From the NCBI GenBank assembly GCA_026025795.1, contig JAPEUG010000172.1, positions 1-34,254 on the forward strand: 34,254 bases of DNA. The letters are read 5' to 3'. Numbering within the stretch: the stretch's first letter is position 1; each line of letters begins with the position of its first letter. A program made the position numbers and the translations under genes. Below the pieces are notes generated by a model. The model saw nothing but the letters and a program-made list of their open reading frames with translations, was not told the DNA's origin and did not search any database. Source of the DNA: Thelocarpon superellum (taxonomy: Eukaryota). Positions 10,182-22,223 of the stretch are shown here, piece after piece.

Positions 10182-11162
10182 CTAGTCCATTAAGATGACG
10201 ATTTTCCCGCCGGCCTTGTTCGCTTCCATGGTCTGGTGGGCCTCGACAATCTGATCGAGCTTGAACGTCTTTCCGATTTGAACGTGCAGCGTGCCGGCCG
10301 CGACCTGCTCCACCAAGCTATCCAGCGGCGTCTGGATAAAATTGTCCGGGCCTCCGTTATACGCCGTAAGACGCACGCCAGTAGGGATCACCTCCATCGG
10401 ATTGAAGTCGTTCACCGCCCACTTGTTGCCCACGATCCCAGTCATGCAGACAATCCCGCCGGGTCGGGCGCATCGGAGGGAGTCGTGCAGTGTCGTCATC
10501 CCGATCAGCTCGAGAACCTTGTCGAAGCCCTCGGGATGCTTTTCGCGCACCGCCCCCTCGATAGACCCGTTGTCCACGAACATTTCGCTGGCGCCGTTGG
10601 CGTAGAGCAATGCTTCCCGATCGGCGCGACGACTGGTCGACGCCACCGTGCAGCCATAGTTCTTGGCGATGGCGGCCGCTGCCAACCCAATCGACGTCGT
10701 TCCCCCACGGACGAGTAGTGTCTCGCCTTGCTGGAGGTCGAGCGCAGTGAAGAGCGAGCCCCACGAGGTCTGAAACAACTCAGGAATGGCGCCTAGCGTC
10801 TCCCAGGGAATTTGGTGTTTGATCTTTTGCACTTGCTTTGCCGGGACGGACGTATATTCCGCATAACCACCATCAAAGTCGCGGCCCAGTCCACCCATGG
10901 CCGTGGCAACAATATCGTCCTTTTGAAACTCCTGTCCTGGCGCGTCGACTACGAGCCCCACTGCTTCGATGCCGAGGATGCGAGGAAATTTGACGTTGGG
11001 TGAGAATCCTTGACGCGTAAACATCTCGGATCGATTGAGGCCGCACGCCTTGACCCGGATCAAAATCTTCCCCTTCTCGGGCGTCGGGATCGGTCGCGTC
11101 TCGAGCTTCAGGACCTCGGGCCCACCGGCCTCGTGGATGACGGCAGCTTTCATGGTCGCCAT
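10182..11162 (-). CDS. MDR-superfamily NAD(P)H:quinone oxidoreductase-like protein, intronless
   Basis: MATMKAAVIHEAGGPEVLKLE, LIRVKACGLNRSE, PRILGIEAVG, DGGYAEY, LLVRGGTTSIGLAA and EAHQTMEANKAGGKIVIL. No Zn-binding Cys cluster. Confidence 0.92.
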   Translation of the reverse strand: MATMKAAVIHEAGGPEVLKLETRPIPTPEKGKILIRVKACGLNRSEMFTRQGFSPNVKFPRILGIEAVGLVVDAPGQEFQKDDIVATAMGGLGRDFDGGYAEYTSVPAKQVQKIKHQIPWETLGAIPELFQTSWGSLFTALDLQQGETLLVRGGTTSIGLAAAAIAKNYGCTVASTSRRADREALLYANGASEMFVDNGSIEGAVREKHPEGFDKVLELIGMTTLHDSLRCARPGGIVCMTGIVGNKWAVNDFNPMEVIPTGVRLTAYNGGPDNFIQTPLDSLVEQVAAGTLHVQIGKTFKLDQIVEAHQTMEANKAGGKIVILMD

Positions 11163-12126
11163 GGCTTGGGCGCCGGCGTGACCAAGGGAGCGCAGAGACC
11201 GAATGATGGAGGGTAAGAGGGAGGCTTCGAGAGAGAATGGAAAAGGGTCTCTAGAGAGCAAGGGACTCACGTCCGCAGCAAGGTCAAGAGAAGTGCAGAG
11301 CAGTCTATGACGAGAGAGAGAGGGAGCTCGTCACCTACCTCGGCCGATGGAGGACCCACCACATATATACAGGTGCTTCTTGACACGGCTTGCCAGCTTT
11401 CTCTGGGTTGGTTCAGATTCAAGCTTGAAGGACTGCTACGGCCGAGGGCTGCCACGGCCGTGCGCAGCCCGACCAGCGCTTGAGTCGCTAATCAACGCCT
11501 GAAGCAGAGAGTTTGGCAGAGCAATACCATATGCTTAGTCGTTGACAGCAGATCATGGCCCCCACTATTGAGCGGGCGTGACGCCTCGTTATCCAAGCTT
11601 AGGTAAGGCGGTGCCCACCCTGAGTAATAATTAATAATCCCCAGAGAGCATACTTCTTGCGACTGCTCGTACACCTAAACGTCGAGGGCCAAGCGGCATC
11701 CAAGAGAGTAGAACAGAGATACCGATTAGATCGACAAGGGCCGGACCTCTGCCTAAACTCGGCGCGGGAGGGGTCCATGCTCATTGTAGATCGAGCTCGA
11801 GAGCTCCTCACAAGATCAAAGCCTACACGATGTGACGCTCGCGACTGCTAACCGAGCAAGCTGCAAGTCGTGGCTATCTTACTAGTAGTACATATCTCAG
11901 GGTTATCTCCGTCCGCACGTATCTGCATCTTAAATCCGGTCAATGACATGTCCAGATATGCGGGGGCCGCCTGCTTCTCGCATCCACGAGGGGCTGCTCC
12001 TGTAAAGAAGCTTACAGTACAAGCATCCCCCTACATCTCCGCAATTGGGTCGGCTCCATTAATCCACGAACGTCGAGTACTTGCACGCGCCCTACTCCCG
12101 CTCAACAATCTTCGCTCGGCTACAAC

Positions 12127-12929
12127 ATGGCATCTGGCAGACTCGCCGGGAAGGTGGCTCTTATAACGGGCGGTTCCAAAGGAATCGGCAAGGCGACGGC
12201 GTTACGGTTGGCGCAGGATGGGGCCAATGTGGTTATCAATTATTCGTCCGATTCCCACGCGGCCAATGCGCTGGTCGAGCAGGTTGGCAGCGAGCGATTC
12301 ATGGCCATCAAAGCCGATGCGGGCAAGATGGTGGACATTCAGCGTATGATCGATGAGACAGTCCGCCGCTTTGGGAAAATCGACATCTTAATCCCAAACG
12401 CCGGGATCCTGCTGATGAAGGACCTCGCCAACACGACGGAGCACGACTTCGACCTCTCGCTCGAGCTCAATGTCAAGGGCCCCTTCTTCCTAGCGCAGGT
12501 CAGTATCGCGGGGCTCGCTCTCGTGGTCCACGACGGCGACTGACAACGGCGCAGAAAGCAGCCCCACATATGGCCGCGGGGTCGCGGGTTATCTTCATCT
12601 CTACCACCTTAGCGGCCGCGTCCACCGTCACGCCCTCGTATCTGGTCTATCTGACGACCAAAGGCGCCATCGAACAGATGACCCGCGCCCTCAGCAAAGA
12701 CCTTGGACAGCGTCAAATCACCGTCAACGCCGTCGCCCCCGGCCCCACGGCGACAGATCTTTTCTTGCGTGGCAAGCCTGAGCAGCTCATCCAGACGCTC
12801 GCCAACAGCAATCCCCATCATCGCCTGGGCACGCCTGACGACATTGCGGATGTCATGGCCTTCTTGAGCTCGGATGACAGCCGATGGATCACTGGGCAGA
12901 CCATCAGAGTAAACGGTGGCATGGCATAA
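12127..12929 (+). CDS. Classical short-chain dehydrogenase/reductase; exons 12127-12498, 12555-12929; 248 aa
   Basis: GKVALITGGSKGIG, DILIPNAG, catalytic YLTTK, ITVNAVAPGP and WITGQTIRVNGG. Intron GTCAGT..CTGAC..CAG. Confidence 0.95.
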
Positions 12930-14480
12930 CGCCGAGTTGAGCCGAGAGCTGGGAGCTGAGAACGACCAGTACGAGAAGTCCAGCTCAGGCATGTCGACCA
13001 GATCAGACTCCTGCACGTATGGTAGAACATTGCTGAGGACCTCTCGCTGTCGCGATCACGATTGAGACGGTTACATATGTCAATGTTGGAATACCTTCCG
13101 TTCAGCTGCAGCGCACCCGTAACCCATAGCTTTTCGTACACCCGGTGCAACTCCAGTGCAACTGGGGGGGGCTGACGCGAGAGCAAGCCAGAAAATTACG
13201 GACAGCGGATGTCGGATCTCTGTCGGCGCCGTGCGAAGCGAGGTCAGTTGATTATGGCGGAGGCGACTTGCTGCGGCGGGGATGCGCAAGATGCGCAAAA
13301 GTTGAGGCGTTCGTGGCGCATGATATGACGTAGCCGGCAACATGCGAACGAGGGCGAAGCCAGTACTACACTGGCTTCAGTTACCTGCCAGGTACAGGAG
13401 AGACGTCGGCCAATGCGCACCGCACCGCGTTCCCTGTGGTAACTAGCTGCCAAGATCCGCAGCATTATTAAGCGACTCCAAGCCCTTTTCAGATCGACCG
13501 TGCTGGGTCCGGAAGTACCACGTCGGAGATGCCGGTCACGATGAGCCACGAACGCCGCGAACTCCTCGTCCCTGGCAAGAGTACAATTTTGGGTCTAAGG
13601 GCTTTCGACGAACGATCATCCTTAGCACTATGAATAACAAAATGCTCTGCTTGCCACTGGAAGCAACTTGTACTCGGCGACGATTGGCGCTCCATCCAAA
13701 CTGACTGACGCCGTCGGGCTGGGAGGGCTTCTACGAGACCTGTTCGTAAGTTATGGGACCAAAAATGGCCAAGGGGAAGATGGAATGGAAACTTGGATCA
13801 GCCGCACCAGAGGATCCGTCGGCGACTAGCGACGCTGATTGGTCGTATGCCGGATCTGCACCGCGGTCCACTCTGCGTGTTGCTCTGTCATACTCGTACT
13901 TGGGCTGCGAGTAATGACCCCGACTCGGGCAGGTGCACCCCGCCAAGTAGAGGAGCGGTGCCTAGGCCACGCGGCCGGCAACTCCGGCACAGCCCCAGAG
14001 GACTGGCGGCTTCCTCCCTGTATCGGCTCCGCCTCCCTGAGACAAGGACGGTTTCATTCCCCGACCATGCCACCGACTTCAACGTGCACCACCACTTTTC
14101 ACCCTTCTCCAACCCTTTCTCCACTTCCATCTTCAACATCGCCGCTCCTCTCCCCCCGTATCGGACTTTGGGTGGCTCCCTTGCGTACCAACTTCAAGCT
14201 GCAGCTCATCGTCCCACGATCCTCGTTGGCCTGACTTCCGCAGCCGCTGACACGCTTTTTGGGCGGGCCACATCGCTAGACGGGCGCGGCAAGTCCGGGA
14301 TCCGACGGGCTTACGCAACACCCCATCCCGACTCCAGGCAGCAATCTGGGACCTCAGGCACTCAATACCGTTAACCTGGAAGTGTTTGCCTCGCCGCGTG
14401 CTCGTCTTCCGGAAATCACATCTCACGGTCGGCCATTGAACACGGTCGCTCGATCGCGTCTCCAGGCATCCACTTCGACC

Positions 14481-16489
14481 ATGGCGTCCTCGAAGCAACC
14501 CTCCACTGTCATGGAGCCTTCTAATACCCTTGGTGCGTGCTTCGATCCGCTCGATGTTGACTCGTTCATCAACTTCGATCAACTCCGGTGCCCGTCGCCG
14601 TCCATGTCGCCTCTCTCCTCGCGGCCAAAACTCTCGCGACGGTCGACATCAGCCTCAGCCTTTGCACGCAACAATCTCTCGATTGGAGCGAACAGCAACT
14701 CGGCCAATACCCAGATCTTCTCGGGCCCCAGTCATCAATATGACCAACACAAGCAGACGACGGCGCCTCCGGTCGAAGCCTTCGCCGGTTCCATGGGCAG
14801 CAACTCCTCAGGCAGTTTCACTCTCGCGCGACAGGCTGACACGGTCAACGTGTCGACGGACGATGCCTTCTTCAACGCCACCTCGAGCGTCGATGAATTC
14901 ATCGACTTCAACGTCATGCCCCACAACCCGTCGCTAAGCGTCTCCTCCGACGTGGACATGGACTTCGATACCCCAGCCGGGGAACCTCTACCGGCTTTCT
15001 TTTTTTCGGAGAAGTCCGGTCCCAGCGCATCCGAGTTTGTGAATCCCAGCGCCATCGGCGGTCAAGAGGGATCTGTCGCGCCGAGTCCCTCGACGACTCT
15101 CGATGCACGCCAGAGCAAGGCTAGTGGACGACTATACCCCGGTGTGCATCAACAGCAGGCGGCGACGGCCAAGGCGCAGCAGCAACAGCGTCTGCAGCAG
15201 CGAAGACAGATTCAACACACCGCTCCCGACCCCCGTGCACAACGCCCCGTCGCGTCGCAGTCAAATGACCCGATCGTGGAAGAGCGCATCTCCCGCCTGC
15301 TCAATTCCATGCGACAATCTAGCGTGGCCGCGTCGAGCGATGACGATGCCCTGACGCCCAACCACAGCGGGGTCCTACCGCACATCGCCCGGATGCGAAA
15401 GGAAGAGGAAGATATGGATGAGGACGAGCGACTACTGGCGAGCGAACAAGGGAAGAAGCTCAGCAGCAAGGAACGTCGACAACTGCGCAACAAGGTCTCG
15501 GCCCGGGCCTTCCGATCACGACGAAAGGGTAAGCATGAGAAGACCTCGTATACCGCGATAGCGACCCGCTAACAGCTGGCGCAGAATATATTGGTCAACT
15601 CGAGGGTGAGATCGCGGCACGGACAAACGAAGCCAGCGATCTCAAGGCGGAGAATGCGGCGCTGCGGGAGGAGAATACTCGCCTGTCCGATCTGACCCGC
15701 ATGCTCCTCTCCTCTTCCGCATTCTCTACCTTCCTCGACGATCTCAGCACGAACGGCATGCGACCCTCGTCAATGCCCGCCCCAGCCACGGCCGAAGCAT
15801 CGGCGCCTGCAGAGGTGGTCAAGCCCAACACGCGGAAAGATGCCGATCCATTCACCGTGGCCCAGCAACAGCTGCATACGCCACCGCGCACCGACGCCCA
15901 AGTCGGCATGACCCTGGTCCCGGACCACACCCTCGACTTCTCGTCGCTGGACTTGGAAGGCAACGGCAACTGGGCTCTCGGCGACATGGGCAACGCTTCA
16001 TGGGGCATCAACGCCCCCCAAGTCTTTTCCGTCCTCGACGTCCCTCAAGGCCCGGCCGTGGATCAGATTGACACGGCTGCGCTCGCCGGCAAATCGTCCA
16101 ACGTCGTCGGACCCTGCTACTCTCATGACGAGCATAAGGACGAGGCACCCGTGATCGAGCGCATGCCCGCCATCGAATCCAGAACACCAGTTAGGGACGG
16201 AGTAACGCTCAATGTGAACGACCCTGGCGACATCGATGAGTCTGATCCTGCTTTCGCCCTCTTCTCCCACACGCCCACCACGCCCACTACGACCACCTCT
16301 CTTGAACGTGAGCCGGCTTGCGCTATCGAGTCCGAAAAGGTGTCTGCCCCCATCGAGCTCATTGACGTATCCACCCTCAAGCTGGAGTACGCGGACGTCA
16401 GCGCCAGTACGATGGATCGCTTTCACATGATCTGCGAGTCGATGGAAGGGGCTATGCAGCGGATCAACCGTTTGACGGCTCATCTCTAA
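14481..16489 (+). CDS. bZIP transcription factor (recalled as Ada-1/LziP-like); exons 14481-15528, 15585-16489; 650 aa
   Basis: Basic region LSSKERRQLRNKVSARAFRSRRK/EYIGQLE followed by a leucine heptad repeat. Intron GTAAGC..GCTAAC..CAG (15529-15584). The start ATG is inferred. Confidence 0.9.
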
Positions 16490-17611
16490 ATCCCTCTGAT
16501 GAGACTGCAACGGACTTTCTCCTCTGGCTTCCCGACAGTGTTTCACAGCGTACCTTACACGACTTGTTTGCATCTACCGCCTCCTCATGTTCGACCACGA
16601 AGATGCGATGGAATGGGGCTCTACGGTGTCCCAACTCTTTCATATTCCGTTTGGTTCTCTCATCCTCACTCCGTTAATGACTGTCGTCCGACGTCGTTGC
16701 TCCTTCCATTCGTGGCTCACGTGGGGGATTGTTTGTAGCGCGAGGTTCAGATTGTCTATACATAGATTCAATCCGAAGGTGCCAATCAGCTGTAAAGACC
16801 ATTTATCCTTTCTCTCGCTCGACATGGCCACGGGCTGAGAATCATCGCTGTCGCTGGTATGCACTTATTCAAGCCGTCACCGCACTGTACCCTGTTCATA
16901 CCTCCGTGGGGATCATCGACCACTCTCAGCGACATTACAACAGCACATGTATTTGGGGGATCCCAAATCACTGAGGAGAGAGTCTAGTCCTCCTTGCCCC
17001 CGCGGCGAGATGCCGGCCGGCCGACCTGTCATGTGACCTCGTGACGAGGATTATGTAACGCGATCTCCTCTGACGTTTGGTCGAGCTCCTTTGGAAGCTG
17101 TTGCGTGACCTCCAACTTTTAAGAAGAGCAGATAGAGGGAAGCGGGACAACGCAGAAAGCCAGGATCTATTCCTCACAGGAGTGACTTCTAAACCTTCTC
17201 ATTTGACCGCATTGCACGGTAGACGCATTGCCAGCTGCAGCTATAATAGTCCTGCCCGCCACATTGGCGTGCCCACTGCTCGCCGTCTCGCCCTTCTCGA
17301 TTCCGAGGTCGACATGGTGCCGGATCCTGCCCATCACGCCGGGGACGACCCCTCTCGCCTTCCATCCCGTTCCCAGATTTCTTAACGGCAGCTCAATCGA
17401 CTCCGGTCGGGCCGCTCCCACATCTTCCTCGCATCTGGCCCCGCCTCGTGGACACAAGCGTTGGCCCTATCGATCGCAGAATGTGCCCCTGACCGATGTC
17501 TTCCGCTCACCGCGATTGAGACACCGGATCCGCAAACAAAGCATCATCTTCGAGCCATTCGGAGCCGTGGCGCGAGGCCGAACGGCTCCACGTCCCACCG
17601 TGCCGAAGAAG

Positions 17612-20600
17612 ATGCGGTCCTGGGTGCAGTTCCTCACCACCCCCACCGCCGACACACCCGGCACCACGCTTCTCTTGCATTTCGACAACAAGCGCTATCT
17701 CATCGGCAACCTTGCCGAGGGTACACAGCGTGCCAGCATCCAGCGCGGTGCCAAGCTCATCAAAGTTTCCGACATCCTGCTGACGGGTCGGGTGGAATGG
17801 TCCAATATCGGGGGCCTATTGGGCATGGTCTTGACCCTGGCCGACGCCACTTCCGCCGCTGCTACCACTTTGGCCGGCATTGCGGAGAGCAAGGCAGGAA
17901 GACGCCAAAAGACGGGAGACACACCCGGGGGTAGGGAGGACCCGCCCCTGGTTCTGAAAGGTCGGGACACGAGACCGAAGCTGCGGGTACATGGTGGGGA
18001 GAACTTGAGCCACATGTTGGCAAGCGCAAGGCGGTTTGTCTTTCGCACAGGCATGCCAGTACATGTACACGAACATTCGGCCGGGACAGACGGGCCGCAC
18101 AACGGTTCAGTCCCACCATCATCCAGTCTGGGTTCGAATCGGGCAGATCCTTCGTCGCCAAGCCGGGGACACGGAGATCCGAGTGACGATGGACATTCCC
18201 CGACCTGGAACGATGAGAATATCAAAGTATGGGCGTTGCCCATCAGACCTTCGCGTCCCGACGGCGGCAGTCCAGCCGCTGACGAAGCCGTTCGCTCCAG
18301 GAAAAGGAGTTTTGACGAGTTTAAAGGACCCGCTGTGCGCGCGCAGGATGCGTCTCTCGCGGCCGTCGACCGCGATCGCCAGATCCGGAAGGCCGTCGTC
18401 TCGGAGATGTTTGACTCAGCGTGGCGACTCGATGCGCTGCTCGAGATGCCACTGGACCAAGTCCAGCTACCGGCTGCGCTATTCATTCGCAATCCGGAAA
18501 GCGGGCGCATCGAGAAGTACACCGGTCCTTTACCGCCGGCCGGAGGCAACGCCGCGGCTGATGCAGCATCCTGGATGAAGACCAAGGTCTTGGTACGCAA
18601 ACCATGGCCCGGGGCATTGATCGAGTCGCTACCACCAACTCGACCTTCGTCCGTTTCCATGTCATACATCATCAAGAACCATCCACAACGGGGAAAGTTC
18701 GTGCCGGAGAAAGCCATCCGGCTTGGGGTGGAGAAAGGACCCAAGTTTGCGGAGCTCACCCGTGGCAAGAACGTCACAGTCGCTAATGGGACGGTCGTCA
18801 CCCCCAATATGGTCTTGACGCCGGGTAAGGAGGGCGGAGGGGTGGTCGTGGTCGATTTACCGTCCGTCGACTACGTGGATGATCTGATCAGCCGGGAGGA
18901 GTGGAAGCTTCCCTCAATCATGAATGGTGTGGAAGCCGTCATCTGGCTGCTCGGGCCCGGCGTTGGGCTGGACGGTCGACTACGCGCCTTCTTCCAGGCC
19001 TGCTCCAGCATGAAGCATATTGTATCCTCGGCCGATTACTGCCCCAATTACCTTGCCCTCGACTCCGCGGCTGCTGCGGCCATTCGACTACATCAGATCG
19101 ATCCCATCCACTTTCCCGTACCGGTTCATGACAACACCACCTTGCCGCAACCCATCACACCACCCGCCCTCGCTTCGCCGAGTGTGCCGGCTGGAGGAGA
19201 TGGCCTTTTCGTGCCGGCGCAGCGGGGCCTACTCGTCCAGCTGGAGCCGACGGTTGAGGTGCAGGACCGAACCGTCCAACCACATCTCAACACGGCCAAG
19301 GTCTGGAAGGATACGCCGGCCGATGTTCTGCACCTCGCGCGGAAGGCCAAGGAAGCCTTGGCTGCGGGGGAGCTCCGCCAACGTCTCGATCACGAACAAC
19401 GCACATTACCGGGTCAGGATGCAGAGATTGTGACACTCGGCACCGGCTCGGCCTTGCCCTCAAAATATCGCAACGTCTCTGCCACCCTCCTCCGGGTTCC
19501 TGGCCTGGGTTCTTATCTTTTCGACTGCGGTGAGAATACTCTAGGTCAGCTACGGAGGGTCTTCAATCCGACCGAATTGGCTGAGGTGTTGGGCGATCTC
19601 AAGGCCATCTGGATCAGTCATCTGCATGCCGACCATCACCTGGGTACCGTCTCCGTCATCAAGGCATGGCATCAACACGTGTGGGGCGGCCCCTCTCCTA
19701 CTACACCCAGTGGCGACGCGGAAGGCGATCTGGATGTCACGCAGGTGTTAGAGAACGACCGACGGCTCTTCATCCTCTCGGATGACGGCATGATCCACTG
19801 GCTCGAGGAATACTCATCGATGGAGGATTTCGGTTACGACAAACTAGTACCGTTATCGGTCCAGAGCGCCCGACGCAACAATGGATTCTCCACCCGGATG
19901 ACGTGGAAGGGAGTTCACGTAGGATTTGATACCGCCAACGGCGCGCTGTGAGTGGGCGCGAGCGCCTTGGCGTGATGTCCCCATATCTGACTTGCTTCGT
20001 TTTAGCAACCGAGCCACGGCAGCGGCGATGGGGGTGTCAAACATTCAAGCGGTGGATGTCAGCCACTGCCACGGCGCGATGGCGGTCTCCCTTACCTTCC
20101 CGACTGGATTCAAATTTTCCTACAGCGGCGACTGTCGACCGTCCAACGCATTTGCGCAGATTGGCAAGGGCTCGACCGTACTGGTTCACGAAGCGACCTT
20201 TGACGATGAGTTGCAGGGCGACGCCGTCGCCAAGAAGCACTCGACCACGAGCGAGGCCCTTGGCGTCGGAATCGCTATGGGCGCTCGTCGCGTGCTCTTG
20301 ACGCATTTCTCCCAGCGATACCAGAAGATTCCCATCATGGACGCAGTCGACGGCGCCGAGCCGTCCTTCGAGGATGTGCCAGAGGACGAACAGGCGGATG
20401 GGGTCGACCTCGGCATCGCCACGCTGATCCCAAACCGGAACGACATCGCCGCCGATCGCGTGGCCGACGTGGGCCCCAGCCGGGAGCCGCGTCAAGGAAG
20501 CGAGGAGCGAGTGGTAAAAGTGAAAAACTCCACCAAGGCCGCTGCCGACATGAAGATCGGCGTCGCCTTTGACTACATGCGGGTCAAAGTGGGAGAGATC

Positions 20601-20744
20601 AGCCACTTGGAACAGTTTACTCCCGCCCTCTTGAAGTTGTTCGACGTGGCCGACGTGGAGGAGAAAGAGGCCGAGAAGAAGTCGAGCGACCGGCCCAACA
20701 GCCCAGCGGATAAGGCCAAACCCGGCAAGAAGACGAAGAAGTGA
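17612..20744 (+). CDS. TRZ1: Long-form tRNA 3'-processing RNase Z (Trz1/ELAC2); exons 17612-19947, 20006-20744; 1024 aa from the first in-frame ATG
   Basis: TPTADTPGT..LHFDNKRYLIGNLAEGTQR, RGKF..KAIRLGV..GP, LGTGSALPSKYRNVS, LFDCGENTLGQL, ISHLHADHHLG, YSGDCRP, HEATF and LTHFSQRY. Confidence 0.96.
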
Positions 20745-21840
20745 CCGGAACGGTGGAGCAACCACTTTCAATCTATGTATCACATGAGACACCATTCCAT
20801 CATAGAAGCGACATCAACCACGTCACTCGTTTGCGCTGACCTCATGTTTGCTGACGTTTGCCATATGCCGACCTGAGCGAATCATGGACGTGGCGCTTCT
20901 TCGTTCTTGATCCCCCTCCACGACGCACCCCATAGAGTCCCCAGGTATAAGAAGGTGACTTGGCAGCTCGCCATGGCGGCGCCACCCGAGAGAAGTGCCC
21001 CGCATCTGCTCAATTCACGTGTCGAACCTGGTCCGGGCGCGCTCCACGCATGTTCATTCATTCCATCTGTTCGCCTGACCATTCACTGCACTGGTAGACT
21101 GTCGTTGTCACCTTATCACTCACTCGAAGCTGAAGCTGTAGATGGCGACCTCGACTCTACTGGTTGTGATCTTGCTTGTGCCATCATTCACTGCCGAGTC
21201 TCGACGATGGTCGCTCACTCGCTTCTCCCCTCGTCCCATTCCCGGATCTGACTGGCCGAGCCGCGAGTGCCGCGAGTCATTAAAAGATCCAACTTTGCTT
21301 CCAGCGCTAGGCCGCTTCACTTCTTTGTTCTCCCTCACGCTCAAGGTTCGTTTCACACCAGCAGCCAAACGATTGGATGCCGTCGTTCGTAGCAGTCGGG
21401 GTGCCCCGTTCACCTCGATCGACTGCCCCCTGAGCATGACGCCCTCTTTGTCAGTCCCCGCTTCAGACAAGGACAGGGGGCTCCAGTCGCTCGTTTTCAG
21501 TCCCGGCGCCCGGGTGCTGGGTTGGTCGAGCCCACGGTCGACTGTGAATTTTCCTGATACGTGAATGCACCCACAGTACCTGTCTCCCACCCGCCGGGAG
21601 TCTCAATGAGAGAGAATCTTGCTTCACCCGTTCACGACCATCCTCTCTCTTCCTCACCACCGACGCTAATCCTTCCTCTCTCATCCTCACCACCCACACT
21701 TGGCTCTCCTCTCCTTGTCATCTCGCTTGGCCCCGTCCCTCGGTTCCTTGTACAGCGAGGATGAAGGCAGCAGTGACGATGCTGGAGCCGCCGATTCACG
21801 TCGTCAGTTCGGGATGGTAACGAGCCCCAAACTCCGAATC

Positions 21841-21885
21841 CACTGCAGGACAGTGCTTGATTCACGGTCCCACTGCAGGACAGTG
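21841..21885. repeat. Two identical 15-bp dyad elements CACTG-CAGGA-CAGTG at a 30-bp period
   Basis: Copies at 21841-21855 and 21871-21885. Confidence 0.85.
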
Positions 21886-22223
21886 ACGACGACGCCCATC
21901 CGGTATGGGCACTATATATCGAGAGGACCTGGAGCAGACCTCATTCGAGGTAATCTTTTCCTTGTCCTTCTTCCCGTTCTTCTGCCCTTCTGCGAACTTT
22001 CCATCCGCCCGGTCCGCACTCAGATCCCAGACGTCTGCGTGTTTGACATCTCCACATCCTCCACTTTCTACACCACCTACACGTTCTCGAGTTCTCGACC
22101 GTCTTGACCTCCACGAAGTTCTTGACGTTCATCAACTCCTCCACAAAATACGCCCGCTACACGTTTTCTGCATTCAGCTGCATAGAGAGACCCTTACTCA
22201 CATCCATCTTCGTCTCACCAGGA

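Noticed and set aside
11163..11270. 36-codon GTG-initiated extension of the MDR ORF
   Set aside because: Overlaps the CT-rich leader; family similarity begins at MATMKAAV.
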